Assembly (NCBI RefSeq): GCF_000354175.2
Contig: NC_022349.1
Span: forward strand, 2,310,001-2,342,000
Length of the DNA stretch: 32,000 nucleotides
Direction of reading: 5' to 3'
From: Vibrio alginolyticus NBRC 15630 = ATCC 17749
Lineage (GTDB): Bacteria; Pseudomonadota; Gammaproteobacteria; Enterobacterales; Vibrionaceae
Of the stretch, positions 11,349-18,907 are shown in pieces (positions within the stretch are counted from its first letter, which is position 1; every line of letters begins with the position of its first letter). The translations under genes were made by a program, and so were the position numbers. The notes beneath the pieces were generated by a model. That model saw only the letters and a program-made list of their open reading frames with translations, ran no database searches and was not told the DNA's origin.

Positions 11349-12632
11349 ATGAATGTTCGCGCTGCGGCTGCTAACGTCCTGTATCTTGTCGTCGACAAGG
11401 GCCACTCACTTTCAAGCGCTCTTCCAGCGGCTCAACAAACGGTACGACCTCGTGACCACGCTCTGTTACAAGAGATCTGTTACGGTGCGCTACGTTACCT
11501 ACCTCGCCTAGAAATGATCGCAAACCAATTGATGGATAAGCCGCTAAAAGGCAAACAACGTGTATTCCATCACCTAATTCTGGTTGGTATTTACCAACTG
11601 AGCTTCATGCGCATTCCTGCGCACGCAGCTGTCGGTGAAACGGTTGAAGGCACTAAAGAGCTGAAAGGTCCTCGTCTGCGTGGTTTGATTAACGCGGTAT
11701 TGCGTAACTACCAGCGCAACCAAGAAGAACTCGACCAAATGGCCGTCAGCAACAACGCTGGCAAGTACGGTCACCCAAGCTGGTTACTAAAACTGCTGCA
11801 AGAGGCCTACCCACAGCAATGGGAAAGCATTGTTGAAGCGAACAACCAAAAAGCACCAATGTGGCTGCGTGTGAACCATCAACACCACACTCGTGATGAA
11901 TACCTTGCGCTGCTCAAAAATGAAAACATTGATAGCACGCCACACACAGAAGCAATGGACGCCATAAAATTGGCCGCACCATGTGACGTGATGAAGCTAC
12001 CTGGTTTTGAAAAAGGTTGGGTTTCGGTCCAAGATGCGGCGGCGCAGCTCTCGATCAACTATCTAAAACCACAAGACGGCGAACTGATTTTAGATTGCTG
12101 TGCAGCGCCAGGTGGCAAGACGGCGCACATTCTAGAGCGCACGTCAGGCAGTGAAGTGGTCGCGATTGACTGCGACGACACACGCTTGAAACGTGTGCAT
12201 GAAAACCTGAAGCGTCTCAACCTTCAGGCAAAAGTGGTTTGCGGTGATGCGCGTAATCCACAAGAATGGTGGCAAGGCGAGCAATTTGATCGCATTTTGC
12301 TGGATGCCCCATGTTCTGCGACTGGCGTGATTCGTCGTCACCCAGACATCAAATGGCTACGTCGTGCAGACGACATCACCGCATTAGCAGAGCTGCAAAG
12401 TGAAATTTTTGATGCCATGTGGACGCAACTGAAGCCCGGCGGCACCATGGTTTACGCGACTTGTTCAATCACACCGCAAGAAAACGTGGAGCAAGTAAAA
12501 GCGTTTTTAGCACGTACCGCGGATGCGCAACTGCTGGATTCTGATCCCGACCAGCCTGGTCGTCAAATTCTACCAGGCGAAGAAGATATGGATGGTTTCT
12601 ACTACGCAGTACTAACTAAAACACACGCGTAA
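11349..12632 (+). CDS. rsmB: 16S rRNA m5C967 methyltransferase
   Basis: 427 aa with an N-terminal NusB-like region, the SAM motif [10 protein letters not shown] and the catalytic [15 protein letters not shown]. Confidence 0.95.
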   Translation: MNVRAAAANVLYLVVDKGHSLSSALPAAQQTVRPRDHALLQEICYGALRYLPRLEMIANQLMDKPLKGKQRVFHHLILVGIYQLSFMRIPAHAAVGETVEGTKELKGPRLRGLINAVLRNYQRNQEELDQMAVSNNAGKYGHPSWLLKLLQEAYPQQWESIVEANNQKAPMWLRVNHQHHTRDEYLALLKNENIDSTPHTEAMDAIKLAAPCDVMKLPGFEKGWVSVQDAAAQLSINYLKPQDGELILDCCAAPGGKTAHILERTSGSEVVAIDCDDTRLKRVHENLKRLNLQAKVVCGDARNPQEWWQGEQFDRILLDAPCSATGVIRRHPDIKWLRRADDITALAELQSEIFDAMWTQLKPGGTMVYATCSITPQENVEQVKAFLARTADAQLLDSDPDQPGRQILPGEEDMDGFYYAVLTKTHA

Positions 12633-12646
12633 CAGCATGCTAAATA

Positions 12647-12677
12647 GGGCGATTGAAGTGATTTCAATCGCCTTTTT
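12647..12677 (+). terminator. intrinsic terminator-like hairpin after rsmB, 19 nt before the trkA ATG
   Basis: GGCGATTGAA, a 5-nt loop, TTCAATCGCC, then TTTTT. Confidence 0.65.
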
Positions 12678-12695
12678 CAGATACGAGAAAAGAGT

Positions 12696-14072
12696 ATGAA
12701 GATCATTATTCTTGGTGCAGGTCAGGTTGGCGGCACACTGGCAGAAAACCTAGTGGGTGAAAACAACGACATCACCATCGTCGACAATAATGCCGACCGA
12801 CTGCGTGAATTGCAGGACAAATACGACCTACGTGTGGTCAATGGCCATGCGAGCCATCCAGACGTGCTACACGAAGCTGGCGCGCAAGACGCCGATATGC
12901 TCGTCGCAGTAACCAACACTGATGAAACCAACATGGCCGCCTGTCAGGTCGCGTTCACTCTATTCAATACCCCAAACCGCGTTGCGCGTATTCGCTCTCC
13001 AGAATACTTGGCAGAAAAAGAAGCCCTGTTTAAATCTGGCGCCATTCCTGTTGATCACCTTATCGCACCAGAAGAACTCGTCACGAGCTACATCGAACGT
13101 CTGATCCAATACCCAGGCGCGCTGCAAGTGGTGAGCTTTGCTGAACAGAAAGTCAGCCTAGTGGCGGTGAAAGCCTACTATGGTGGCCCGCTGGTGGGTA
13201 ATGCGTTGTCTGCTTTGCGTGAGCACATGCCGCACATTGATACCCGTGTGGCGGCGATTTTCCGTCAAGGCCGTCCGATTCGCCCACAAGGTACCACCAT
13301 CATTGAAGCCGACGATGAAGTGTTCTTCGTTGCAGCAAGTAATCATATTCGCTCAGTGATGAGTGAGCTTCAGCGCCTAGAAAAACCGTACCGCCGCATC
13401 ATGATTGTTGGCGGGGGTAACATCGGCGCAAGCTTGGCAAAACGCCTAGAGCAAACTTACAGCGTGAAGCTGATTGAGCGTAACTACCAGCGTGCAGAAA
13501 AGCTCTCTGAGCAACTAGAAAACACCATCGTGTTCTGCGGTGATGCGGCAGACCAAGAGCTTCTCTCGGAAGAGAACATCGACCAAGTCGACGTCTTCAT
13601 CGCGCTGACCAACGAAGATGAAACCAACATCATGTCTGCAATGTTGGCAAAACGCATGGGCGCTAAAAAAGTGATGGTGCTGATCCAACGTGGCGCTTAT
13701 GTAGACCTGGTACAAGGCGGCGTAATTGATGTAGCAATCTCACCTCAGCAAGCCACTATTTCAGCCTTGCTAACGCACGTTCGTCGCGCTGATATCGTAA
13801 ACGTATCCTCACTTCGCCGCGGCGCTGCGGAAGCGATTGAAGCCGTCGCTCACGGTGATGAAAGTACATCTAAAGTGGTTGGACGTGCGATTGGAGATAT
13901 AAAACTTCCACCTGGGACCACCATTGGTGCTATCGTTCGTGGCGAAGAAGTTCTTATTGCCCACGACCGTACGGTCATCGAACAGGATGACCATGTGGTG
14001 ATGTTCCTGGTCAACAAAAAATACGTATCAGACGTCGAAGCGCTATTCCAGCCGAGTCCATTCTTCCTCTAG
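12696..14072 (+). CDS. trkA: Trk K+ uptake system NAD-binding subunit
   Basis: 458 aa with two RCK/Rossmann halves ([10 protein letters not shown] and [10 protein letters not shown]). Confidence 0.96.
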   Translation: MKIIILGAGQVGGTLAENLVGENNDITIVDNNADRLRELQDKYDLRVVNGHASHPDVLHEAGAQDADMLVAVTNTDETNMAACQVAFTLFNTPNRVARIRSPEYLAEKEALFKSGAIPVDHLIAPEELVTSYIERLIQYPGALQVVSFAEQKVSLVAVKAYYGGPLVGNALSALREHMPHIDTRVAAIFRQGRPIRPQGTTIIEADDEVFFVAASNHIRSVMSELQRLEKPYRRIMIVGGGNIGASLAKRLEQTYSVKLIERNYQRAEKLSEQLENTIVFCGDAADQELLSEENIDQVDVFIALTNEDETNIMSAMLAKRMGAKKVMVLIQRGAYVDLVQGGVIDVAISPQQATISALLTHVRRADIVNVSSLRRGAAEAIEAVAHGDESTSKVVGRAIGDIKLPPGTTIGAIVRGEEVLIAHDRTVIEQDDHVVMFLVNKKYVSDVEALFQPSPFFL

Positions 14073-14081
14073 GATTTTCCT

Positions 14082-15527
14082 ATGGTCAACTTACGTCCCG
14101 TACTGTTTGTTATCGGGCTAGTTTTATCCAAACTGGCCCTGTTTATGTACGTGCCGACTTTGGTCGCTTTCTTTACCGGTACGGGGGGATTCCTCGATTT
14201 CGCCCAAGCCGTTGTGATCACGCACCTTGCCGCCTTCATCTGCCTAACGATAGGTCGAACCGCCAAGTTCAAACTCAGCGTACGCGATATGTTCCTCATC
14301 ACCAGTTTGGTTTGGACCATCGCGAGTGCGTTTGCCGCCTTGCCATTTGTGTTTATCAACCACATCAGCTTCACCGACGCCTACTTCGAAACGATGTCGG
14401 GTATCACCACGACGGGCTCAACGGTGCTCAGTGGCCTAGACAACATGGCGCCGAGCATATTGCTGTGGCGCTCTATTTTACAATGGCTTGGTGGCATTGG
14501 TTTTATCGTGATGGCGGTAGCAGTGTTACCTATGCTGAATGTCGGTGGTATGAAGCTATTCCAAACCGAATCATCAGATTGGTCGGATAAAAGTAGTCCA
14601 AGAGCGAAAACGGTCGCCAAAAACATCGTAGCGGTTTATTTGATGCTAACGGGCCTATGTATTTTGGGCTACTTGATCACCGGCATGAACCTGTTCGAAG
14701 CAATCAACCATGCCTTTACTACGCTATCGACGGGTGGATACTCTACATCTGATGGGTCAATGAACCACTTCTCTAATGGCGCACATTGGGTGGCCACTAC
14801 CTTTATGTTCTTAGGTGGTTTGCCGTTTTTGCTCTTTATCGCCGCATTACGTAAACGCCGTATTGATGTGTTGGTTAACGACGCTCAAGTTAGAGGATTT
14901 GCGTACCTGTTCGTATTCTCAAGCTTAGTGATTTCAGCTTGGTTAGTGATTCGAGATGGGTACACCATTTTGGATGCCCTGCGAGTGTCGATGTTTAATA
15001 TTGTCTCTGTCGTCACCACAACTGGCTTTGGCTTAGAAGACTTCACCGCATGGGGCGCATTACCCACCACTCTTTTCGCATTCTTAATGATGGCGGGGGC
15101 ATGCTCAGGCTCAACGTCTGGCGGGATCAAAATCTTCCGCTTCCAAATTGCAATGACGCTGCTAAACAAACAAATGATGAAGTTGATTCACCCTTCAGGG
15201 GTGTTTGTACAGCGTTATAACCAGCGACCGGTGAATGATGATATTGTTCGCTCAGTGGTGGCATTTGGCTTGATGTTTTTTATCACCATTATCTTTATCG
15301 CGGGTTGTTTAAGTGCTCTTGGCCTCGACCCTGTGACCAGTATTTCTGGCTCAATCACCGCCGTTGCCAATGTTGGCCCTGGTATGGGTAGTGTGATTGG
15401 CCCGACAGGCAACTTCGCGCCTCTGCCCGATACTGCCAAATGGCTCTTAAGCTTTGGGATGTTAATGGGCCGCTTGGAAATTCTGACTATTCTTGTACTG
15501 TTCTTTCCTGCGTTTTGGCGCCGCTAA
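14082..15527 (+). CDS. trkH: Trk K+ uptake system membrane subunit
   Basis: 481 aa and polytopic. It has four pore-loop-like signatures (TTTGST, STGGYS, TTTGFG, VGPGMG) and starts 9 nt after trkA. Confidence 0.93.
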   Translation: MVNLRPVLFVIGLVLSKLALFMYVPTLVAFFTGTGGFLDFAQAVVITHLAAFICLTIGRTAKFKLSVRDMFLITSLVWTIASAFAALPFVFINHISFTDAYFETMSGITTTGSTVLSGLDNMAPSILLWRSILQWLGGIGFIVMAVAVLPMLNVGGMKLFQTESSDWSDKSSPRAKTVAKNIVAVYLMLTGLCILGYLITGMNLFEAINHAFTTLSTGGYSTSDGSMNHFSNGAHWVATTFMFLGGLPFLLFIAALRKRRIDVLVNDAQVRGFAYLFVFSSLVISAWLVIRDGYTILDALRVSMFNIVSVVTTTGFGLEDFTAWGALPTTLFAFLMMAGACSGSTSGGIKIFRFQIAMTLLNKQMMKLIHPSGVFVQRYNQRPVNDDIVRSVVAFGLMFFITIIFIAGCLSALGLDPVTSISGSITAVANVGPGMGSVIGPTGNFAPLPDTAKWLLSFGMLMGRLEILTILVLFFPAFWRR

Positions 15528-15553
15528 GCAGACTCTAATTAAAAGGTATAACA

Positions 15554-16138
15554 ATGAAAACATGGATTACTCTGGCGACCCTACTTGCCGCCTCATCCAC
15601 ATACGCCGCCGAGGTCATCACTTTAGCCGATGGTCGAGAAGTGAAGTTGAACGATGACTTTACCTGGGAATACGTCATGAAAAAAACGGCGCAGCAAGCG
15701 ACGGAGACACAAACAACAGCAAGCGTAGTTGAAACAATCGCAGCTCCTGCGATTGCGACAATCCCAGTGATAACGAAAACCGTTGGCACGACCGTGGTGG
15801 TAAACGCCAAAAAGCCAACCATGCAGCTATCAGATTCAGGTGTGGATGTATTGATTGGTTCAGCAAGCTATCAAAGCGGTGAGCTTGTTTTACCTACATC
15901 AATCACTAACCAAAGCTCTCAATCTGTCATTCAAGTGGAAGTTGAGGTGCAAGTGTTTGATATGTCTGGTCAGCAACTGGCAAAAGAAAACGTGACTGTT
16001 TGGCAATCCATCAAGCGCATGGCGGATACCTACCTGCGACCTCAGCAAGCGGAGCAAGGTAAGAGCATAAAACTGGCTGTACCGCAATCACAGCAATACC
16101 AGTTTTCTGCCAAAGTGCTAGAGGTAAAAACTCGCTAA
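15554..16138 (+). CDS. exported protein of unknown function
   Basis: 194 aa with a Shine-Dalgarno AAAGG. The signal peptide is MKTWITLATLLAASSTYA/AEV, followed by a Thr/Ala/Gln-rich linker and a beta-rich C-terminal domain. It lies 26 nt after trkH with no intervening terminator. Confidence 0.7.
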   Translation: MKTWITLATLLAASSTYAAEVITLADGREVKLNDDFTWEYVMKKTAQQATETQTTASVVETIAAPAIATIPVITKTVGTTVVVNAKKPTMQLSDSGVDVLIGSASYQSGELVLPTSITNQSSQSVIQVEVEVQVFDMSGQQLAKENVTVWQSIKRMADTYLRPQQAEQGKSIKLAVPQSQQYQFSAKVLEVKTR

Positions 16139-16153
16139 TACGTGTTTAATATT

Positions 16154-16190
16154 CTTTGTTGAGCCTATCGGCTAGATAGGCTCAACAAAG
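16154..16190. terminator. perfect 16-bp inverted repeat (hairpin) between convergent genes, with no U-tract
   Basis: CTTTGTTGAGCCTATC, GGCTA, GATAGGCTCAACAAAG. The right arm encodes the last 5 codons of the hlyIII-family gene, and that gene's stop codon is in the loop. Confidence 0.45.
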
Positions 16191-16825
16191 TAATAAATAG
16201 CAAAGAAATGGCACACGCAGCCAGCCAAAACAAAGCCGTGCCAAATCGCATGGTTAAAGGGAATGCGCTTCGCAACGTAGAAAATCACGCCCAGTGAATA
16301 CACAATTCCACCAGCGGCAAGCAGTGTAAGTCCGCCGACATCCAAGTTGATCGCCAACTGATAAATCACAATCAACGATAACCATCCCATCACCAAATAC
16401 GTCATCAAAGAAAGCTTTTTAAATCGATAGACGAACGCAACTTTCATGATGATGCCGATCAACGCAATGCTCCAAATAACGATCATCAACCCAAATGCTA
16501 GAGGTGTTCTTAAGCTGACTAACAAGAAAGGGGTATAGCTGCCTGCTATCAAAAGATAAATAGCACAGTGGTCGAAGGTTTTTAGCCAACGTTTCGCTTT
16601 GGGATGAGGGATCGCATGATAGAGCGTCGAGGCCAAAAATAGCACGATAATACTCGCACCATAAATCGCCATACTGGTAAGCGTTAAAGTGTCAGCTTGA
16701 TGGTCTATGGCTTTAACTAACAGCAGTATCAAGCCAACAATACCAAAAATCATCCCTATACCGTGGGTGATGGTATTGGCCAGTTCTTCACGTTGACTGT
16801 ATTGAGGTTTCTGCAGCTCGGACAT
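16172..16825 (-). CDS. hemolysin III / PAQR family 7-TM protein (YqfA-like)
   Basis: ~217 aa with seven hydrophobic segments. The N-terminal [12 protein letters not shown] and C-terminal HAIWHGFV motifs are present. The track start at 16828 is a TTG, and the ATG is at 16825. Confidence 0.9.
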   Translation of the reverse strand: MSELQKPQYSQREELANTITHGIGMIFGIVGLILLLVKAIDHQADTLTLTSMAIYGASIIVLFLASTLYHAIPHPKAKRWLKTFDHCAIYLLIAGSYTPFLLVSLRTPLAFGLMIVIWSIALIGIIMKVAFVYRFKKLSLMTYLVMGWLSLIVIYQLAINLDVGGLTLLAAGGIVYSLGVIFYVAKRIPFNHAIWHGFVLAGCVCHFFAIYYFVEPI

Positions 16826-16895
16826 CAATGCGCCTATACTAGAGTTTGAAATTTGCTCTAGTATGGCACATTAGGCTTACACGTGTAAGCTTAAA

Positions 16896-17702
16896 TTAAG
16901 ACTCATGAACGGCAGTAGTTTGATCGAGATAATTGAGTACCAGTTCGCCAACTTGATCTGGCTTAGTCGTGGCAGGAATGGTCAGCTCTCGCTTGAGTTT
17001 GCCACTACTCAGTAAGCTCGCGAGCATGCCACCTTGCCCCTTGCGTGTGCGGTCAACTTCAAACCACAACTTGAGCTCTTGCTCACTGCGGTGGGCAACA
17101 AATTCTAATTCGCGCCACACGCCGTGGTAAGGTCCGTCGGTTGGCACCAGTTCAAACTCTTGCACAAATGGTAGATCGAATCCTTTCACTTCCTCGCATT
17201 CCACCTGGCGAATTCGTAAACCTTGCGCTTCAAATGCAGATAGTACCGCATCCATCAGTGGATCAGGTCGAACGGTGAGGATGTCTTTATCAGTCGGATC
17301 CAAAGCAGCAGCAACGTCTAAGCCGGTTTCTAACCATACTTTGGCATCACCAATGGTGACAGGCGTGTTCCAAGGCACATCGAGCTTAACATCGAAGGTA
17401 CGCTCTTCGCCGGAATGGATGGTAAATGCGTAAGGGAGACTCCACTTAGCAAGCACATGAGTTTGAGGTACTCGGCGCATGCTGTGTCCTTCTCGCGCAC
17501 CACGGTCATCAGGGGCTTCGGCGATGTAGCGGCAACAGAGTTTTAAATCAATGTTGTCGATCGCTTGTTCAGTCGCACCACCATATACATGGATTGACAC
17601 ATCCACACTTTGACCTGGGTATAGCACGTCTTGGTTTAAGATTGAGTCGACCTTCGCGCTCCCAATCCCAAAACTGGCAAGTGTCTTCTTCAAAAATGAC
17701 AT
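16896..17702 (-). CDS. SpoOM (Spo0M) family sporulation-control-like protein
   Basis: Trimmed to the ATG at 17702, which is preceded by AAGGAGG with a 5-nt spacer. The N-terminus MSFLKKTLASFGIGSAKVDSIL is typical of the SpoOM family. Confidence 0.85.
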   Translation of the reverse strand: MSFLKKTLASFGIGSAKVDSILNQDVLYPGQSVDVSIHVYGGATEQAIDNIDLKLCCRYIAEAPDDRGAREGHSMRRVPQTHVLAKWSLPYAFTIHSGEERTFDVKLDVPWNTPVTIGDAKVWLETGLDVAAALDPTDKDILTVRPDPLMDAVLSAFEAQGLRIRQVECEEVKGFDLPFVQEFELVPTDGPYHGVWRELEFVAHRSEQELKLWFEVDRTRKGQGGMLASLLSSGKLKRELTIPATTKPDQVGELVLNYLDQTTAVHES

Positions 17703-17998
17703 AGGCACCTCCTTCATCGAGATCTCATACTACTACTGCTGATCGTGGGATCAAACAAAAATTGCCTCGAACATCGCGACAAAATGACAAAATCTAAACA
17801 ATTCAATTGCTCAACTATCGACCAATTATTACAAGGATGCTAATCTTACACTTGATATGCATGCATATCGGTATTCCTGACTCATTAACTGGATTGGCGA
17901 GAGCCAGAAGAGTGATTCTTCAATCTTGTTGGAGCCTAGCTCATAATGATTCAGGCCATTACATCGGCAATGGATATGCCTGACAGTTAGGTAAATTA

Positions 17999-18166
17999 AT
18001 GCGCCCAACAACAGTCAGGTTCGCACACACTAATACTAGTGCAATGCGCCGCCGCAGTGGCTTTACTACTGCACCAAAGGCAAAGCAAGTTGCGCCAGCA
18101 ATGACATTGGTTGAGAAGACAGCAATGATGTCGAGTGTTCCGGCCAAAGTTATCAAAGCAGCTTAA
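17999..18166 (+). CDS. candidate 55-codon small ORF (alternatively the body of an sRNA)
   Basis: It runs from ATG 17999 to TAA 18166, below the track's 60-aa cutoff. There is a weak AGGT Shine-Dalgarno. An intrinsic terminator follows 3 nt after the stop. I do not recognise the peptide. Confidence 0.3.
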   Translation: MRPTTVRFAHTNTSAMRRRSGFTTAPKAKQVAPAMTLVEKTAMMSSVPAKVIKAA

Positions 18167-18168
18167 TC

Positions 18169-18196
18169 AAAAGCGCGGCGCCAGCTGCGCTTTTTT
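18169..18196 (+). terminator. intrinsic terminator with no annotated upstream gene
   Basis: AAAGCGCGGC, GCCA, GCTGCGCTTT (one G-U pair), running into TTTTTT. Confidence 0.7.
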
Positions 18197-18332
18197 CTTT
18201 GCACGCGACTCATAAAGCTTCAAAGACTTAGAACGAACTACAGTGAAAGAGATAGTTTTTCCTATTTGGTCTTCGCAAAGCAATTTGGTACCTTTACTGC
18301 TAATTACACCTATAAATTCTGTGGAGAAAGAA

Positions 18333-18599
18333 ATGAAGTGTCATCGCATTGAAGAGCTGCTTGAGCTACTAGAGCCTGAATGGCATAAAGATCAAGAGCT
18401 GAATCTATTGCAGTTCATCGTTAAGCTAGCAAAAGAAGCAGGCTATGAAGGAAAGCTAGAAGATCTGACCGACGATGTACTGATCTACCACCTTAAAATG
18501 CGTAATAGCAGCAAAGATGAAATGATCCCTGGACTCAAAAAAGACCAAGAGGACGATTTTAAAACGGCGATCCTACGCGCTCGTGGCATCATCAAATAA
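18333..18599 (+). CDS. yihD: YihD family protein (DUF1040)
   Basis: Trimmed to the ATG at 18333 (Shine-Dalgarno GGAGAAAG). It is 88 aa and helical-acidic. Its neighbourhood includes srkA-dsbA, as for E. coli yihD. Confidence 0.8.
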   Translation: MKCHRIEELLELLEPEWHKDQELNLLQFIVKLAKEAGYEGKLEDLTDDVLIYHLKMRNSSKDEMIPGLKKDQEDDFKTAILRARGIIK

Positions 18600-18622
18600 C
18601 CAGCTCAACAGCCAGTATTCTT

Positions 18623-18653
18623 TAAGCGACTCTCTCTGTGAGTCGCTTTTTTA
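18623..18653 (+). terminator. intrinsic terminator after yihD
   Basis: AAGCGACTC, TCTCTGT, GAGTCGCTT, then TTTTT. Confidence 0.8.
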
Positions 18654-18907
18654 TAACCAAAGTTTTTAGTCCCACAATTGGTTATAACTGTTCAGCCAAT
18701 TATCAGGTTAACTGTACTGATTTTTGTTGTTAAACATTGACTGCGTTAAAGAAACGGAATTGTTATTGATTGTATAATCGCCGTTCATCAGTATTTACTA
18801 AAATAATTATGTTCGGTCATCTTTATGACGGAACGAGCAGCAATGTCATCGAGCGACATCAATAGAAATGACGCCGTACATTATAAAAGCCTAAGAAGGA
18901 TGAGTGC

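Noticed and set aside
17778-17793. GACAAAAT x2 tandem repeat and nearby AATTGC(C)TC repeats upstream of the Spo0M-like gene
   Set aside because: These are short, low-complexity, AT-rich repeats expected by chance in a promoter region. They have no dyad symmetry.
17837-17983. 48-codon + strand ORF in the same frame as the 55-codon ORF, separated from it by a TGA (a possible disrupted ~109-aa gene)
   Set aside because: The ATG abuts its only purine tract with no spacer. The ORF contains many rare codons (ATA, AGA x3, CTA, TTA). The joined peptide resembles nothing I recognise. A pseudogene remains possible but is unsupported.
17959-18156. 65-aa hydrophobic minus-strand ORF that could be read as a type I toxin-like peptide opposite the small + strand ORF
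   Set aside because: It starts at TTG without a Shine-Dalgarno. Its hydrophobicity is the expected mirror of an Ala/Thr/Lys-rich sense frame. The only terminator with a strong T-run (T6) follows the + strand ORF. No gene enters from the right on the minus strand.
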